Source: Dubosiella newyorkensis (lineage in GTDB: Bacteria > Bacillota_I > Bacilli_A > Erysipelotrichales > Erysipelotrichaceae). Taken from it: DNA of 32,000 nucleotides. The notes under the pieces are model-generated. The model did not search any database and had not been told where the DNA came from. It saw only the letters and a program-made list of their open reading frames with translations. Position numbers and translations under genes: made by a program. This document shows, one piece after another, positions 31,999 through 32,000 of this stretch (position 1 is the stretch's first letter; every line of letters starts with the position of its first letter). The stretch spans positions 48,157 to 80,156 of the forward strand of contig NZ_MPKA01000021.1 of assembly GCF_001945605.1 (NCBI RefSeq). Reading direction: 5' to 3'.

Positions 31999-32000
31999 TT

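Overview
This looks like a chromosomal segment of a low-GC Gram-positive (Firmicutes-type) bacterium. Supporting signs are T7SSb-type genes, a surface protein with a sorting-signal-like tail, an ECF sigma module, a tRNA with encoded CCA, and a Firmicute-like 5S rRNA. I do not assign a taxon. All coordinates and motif calls were made by eye and by hand translation, with no database search.

Layout:
- 1-7586 (minus strand, runs past the left edge): a tightly coupled, non-canonical type VIIb-like secretion operon. Order is FHA protein, kinase-fold EssB-like membrane protein, 475-aa Ig-like orphan, short EssC-like FtsK/SpoIIIE ATPase, YukD/EsaB-like ubiquitin-fold protein, two WXG100 proteins. This is my best candidate for an undescribed system variant.
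- 7841-11221 (plus): orphan PTS EIIC, ROK kinase, a PNPOx/Nim-like protein and a membrane protein.
- 11231-12908 (minus): an Lsa-like ABC-F gene behind a complete promoter, leader-peptide and terminator/antiterminator attenuator. A 530-bp non-coding gap with imperfect repeats lies upstream.
- 13520-15343 (minus): an apparently leaderless cysE coupled to a membrane/TPR protein.
- 15420-17951 (minus): an 843-aa surface adhesin with a candidate thioester domain and CnaB/SpaA-type repeats.
- 18164-20123 (plus): ygiQ radical-SAM gene and tRNA-Ser(GGA).
- 20199-23043: a decayed raffinose/melibiose-type locus (GH36 alpha-galactosidase pseudogene, AraC fragment, MsmK fragment).
- 23093-25546 (minus): an ECF sigma, anti-sigma and lipoprotein operon.
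- 26047-26964 (plus): MATE and RpiR gene remnants.
- 27000-29225 (minus): an intact GH2 glycosidase with a cre-like operator.
- 29395-31813: a YxjI/LURP-one protein, then an acyP-luxS-membrane-DUF4430 operon.
- 31883-31998 (minus): a 5S rRNA at the right edge.

No transposase, integrase, CRISPR array or recognisable defence gene was seen. The tetranucleotide GATC is strikingly over-represented almost everywhere.
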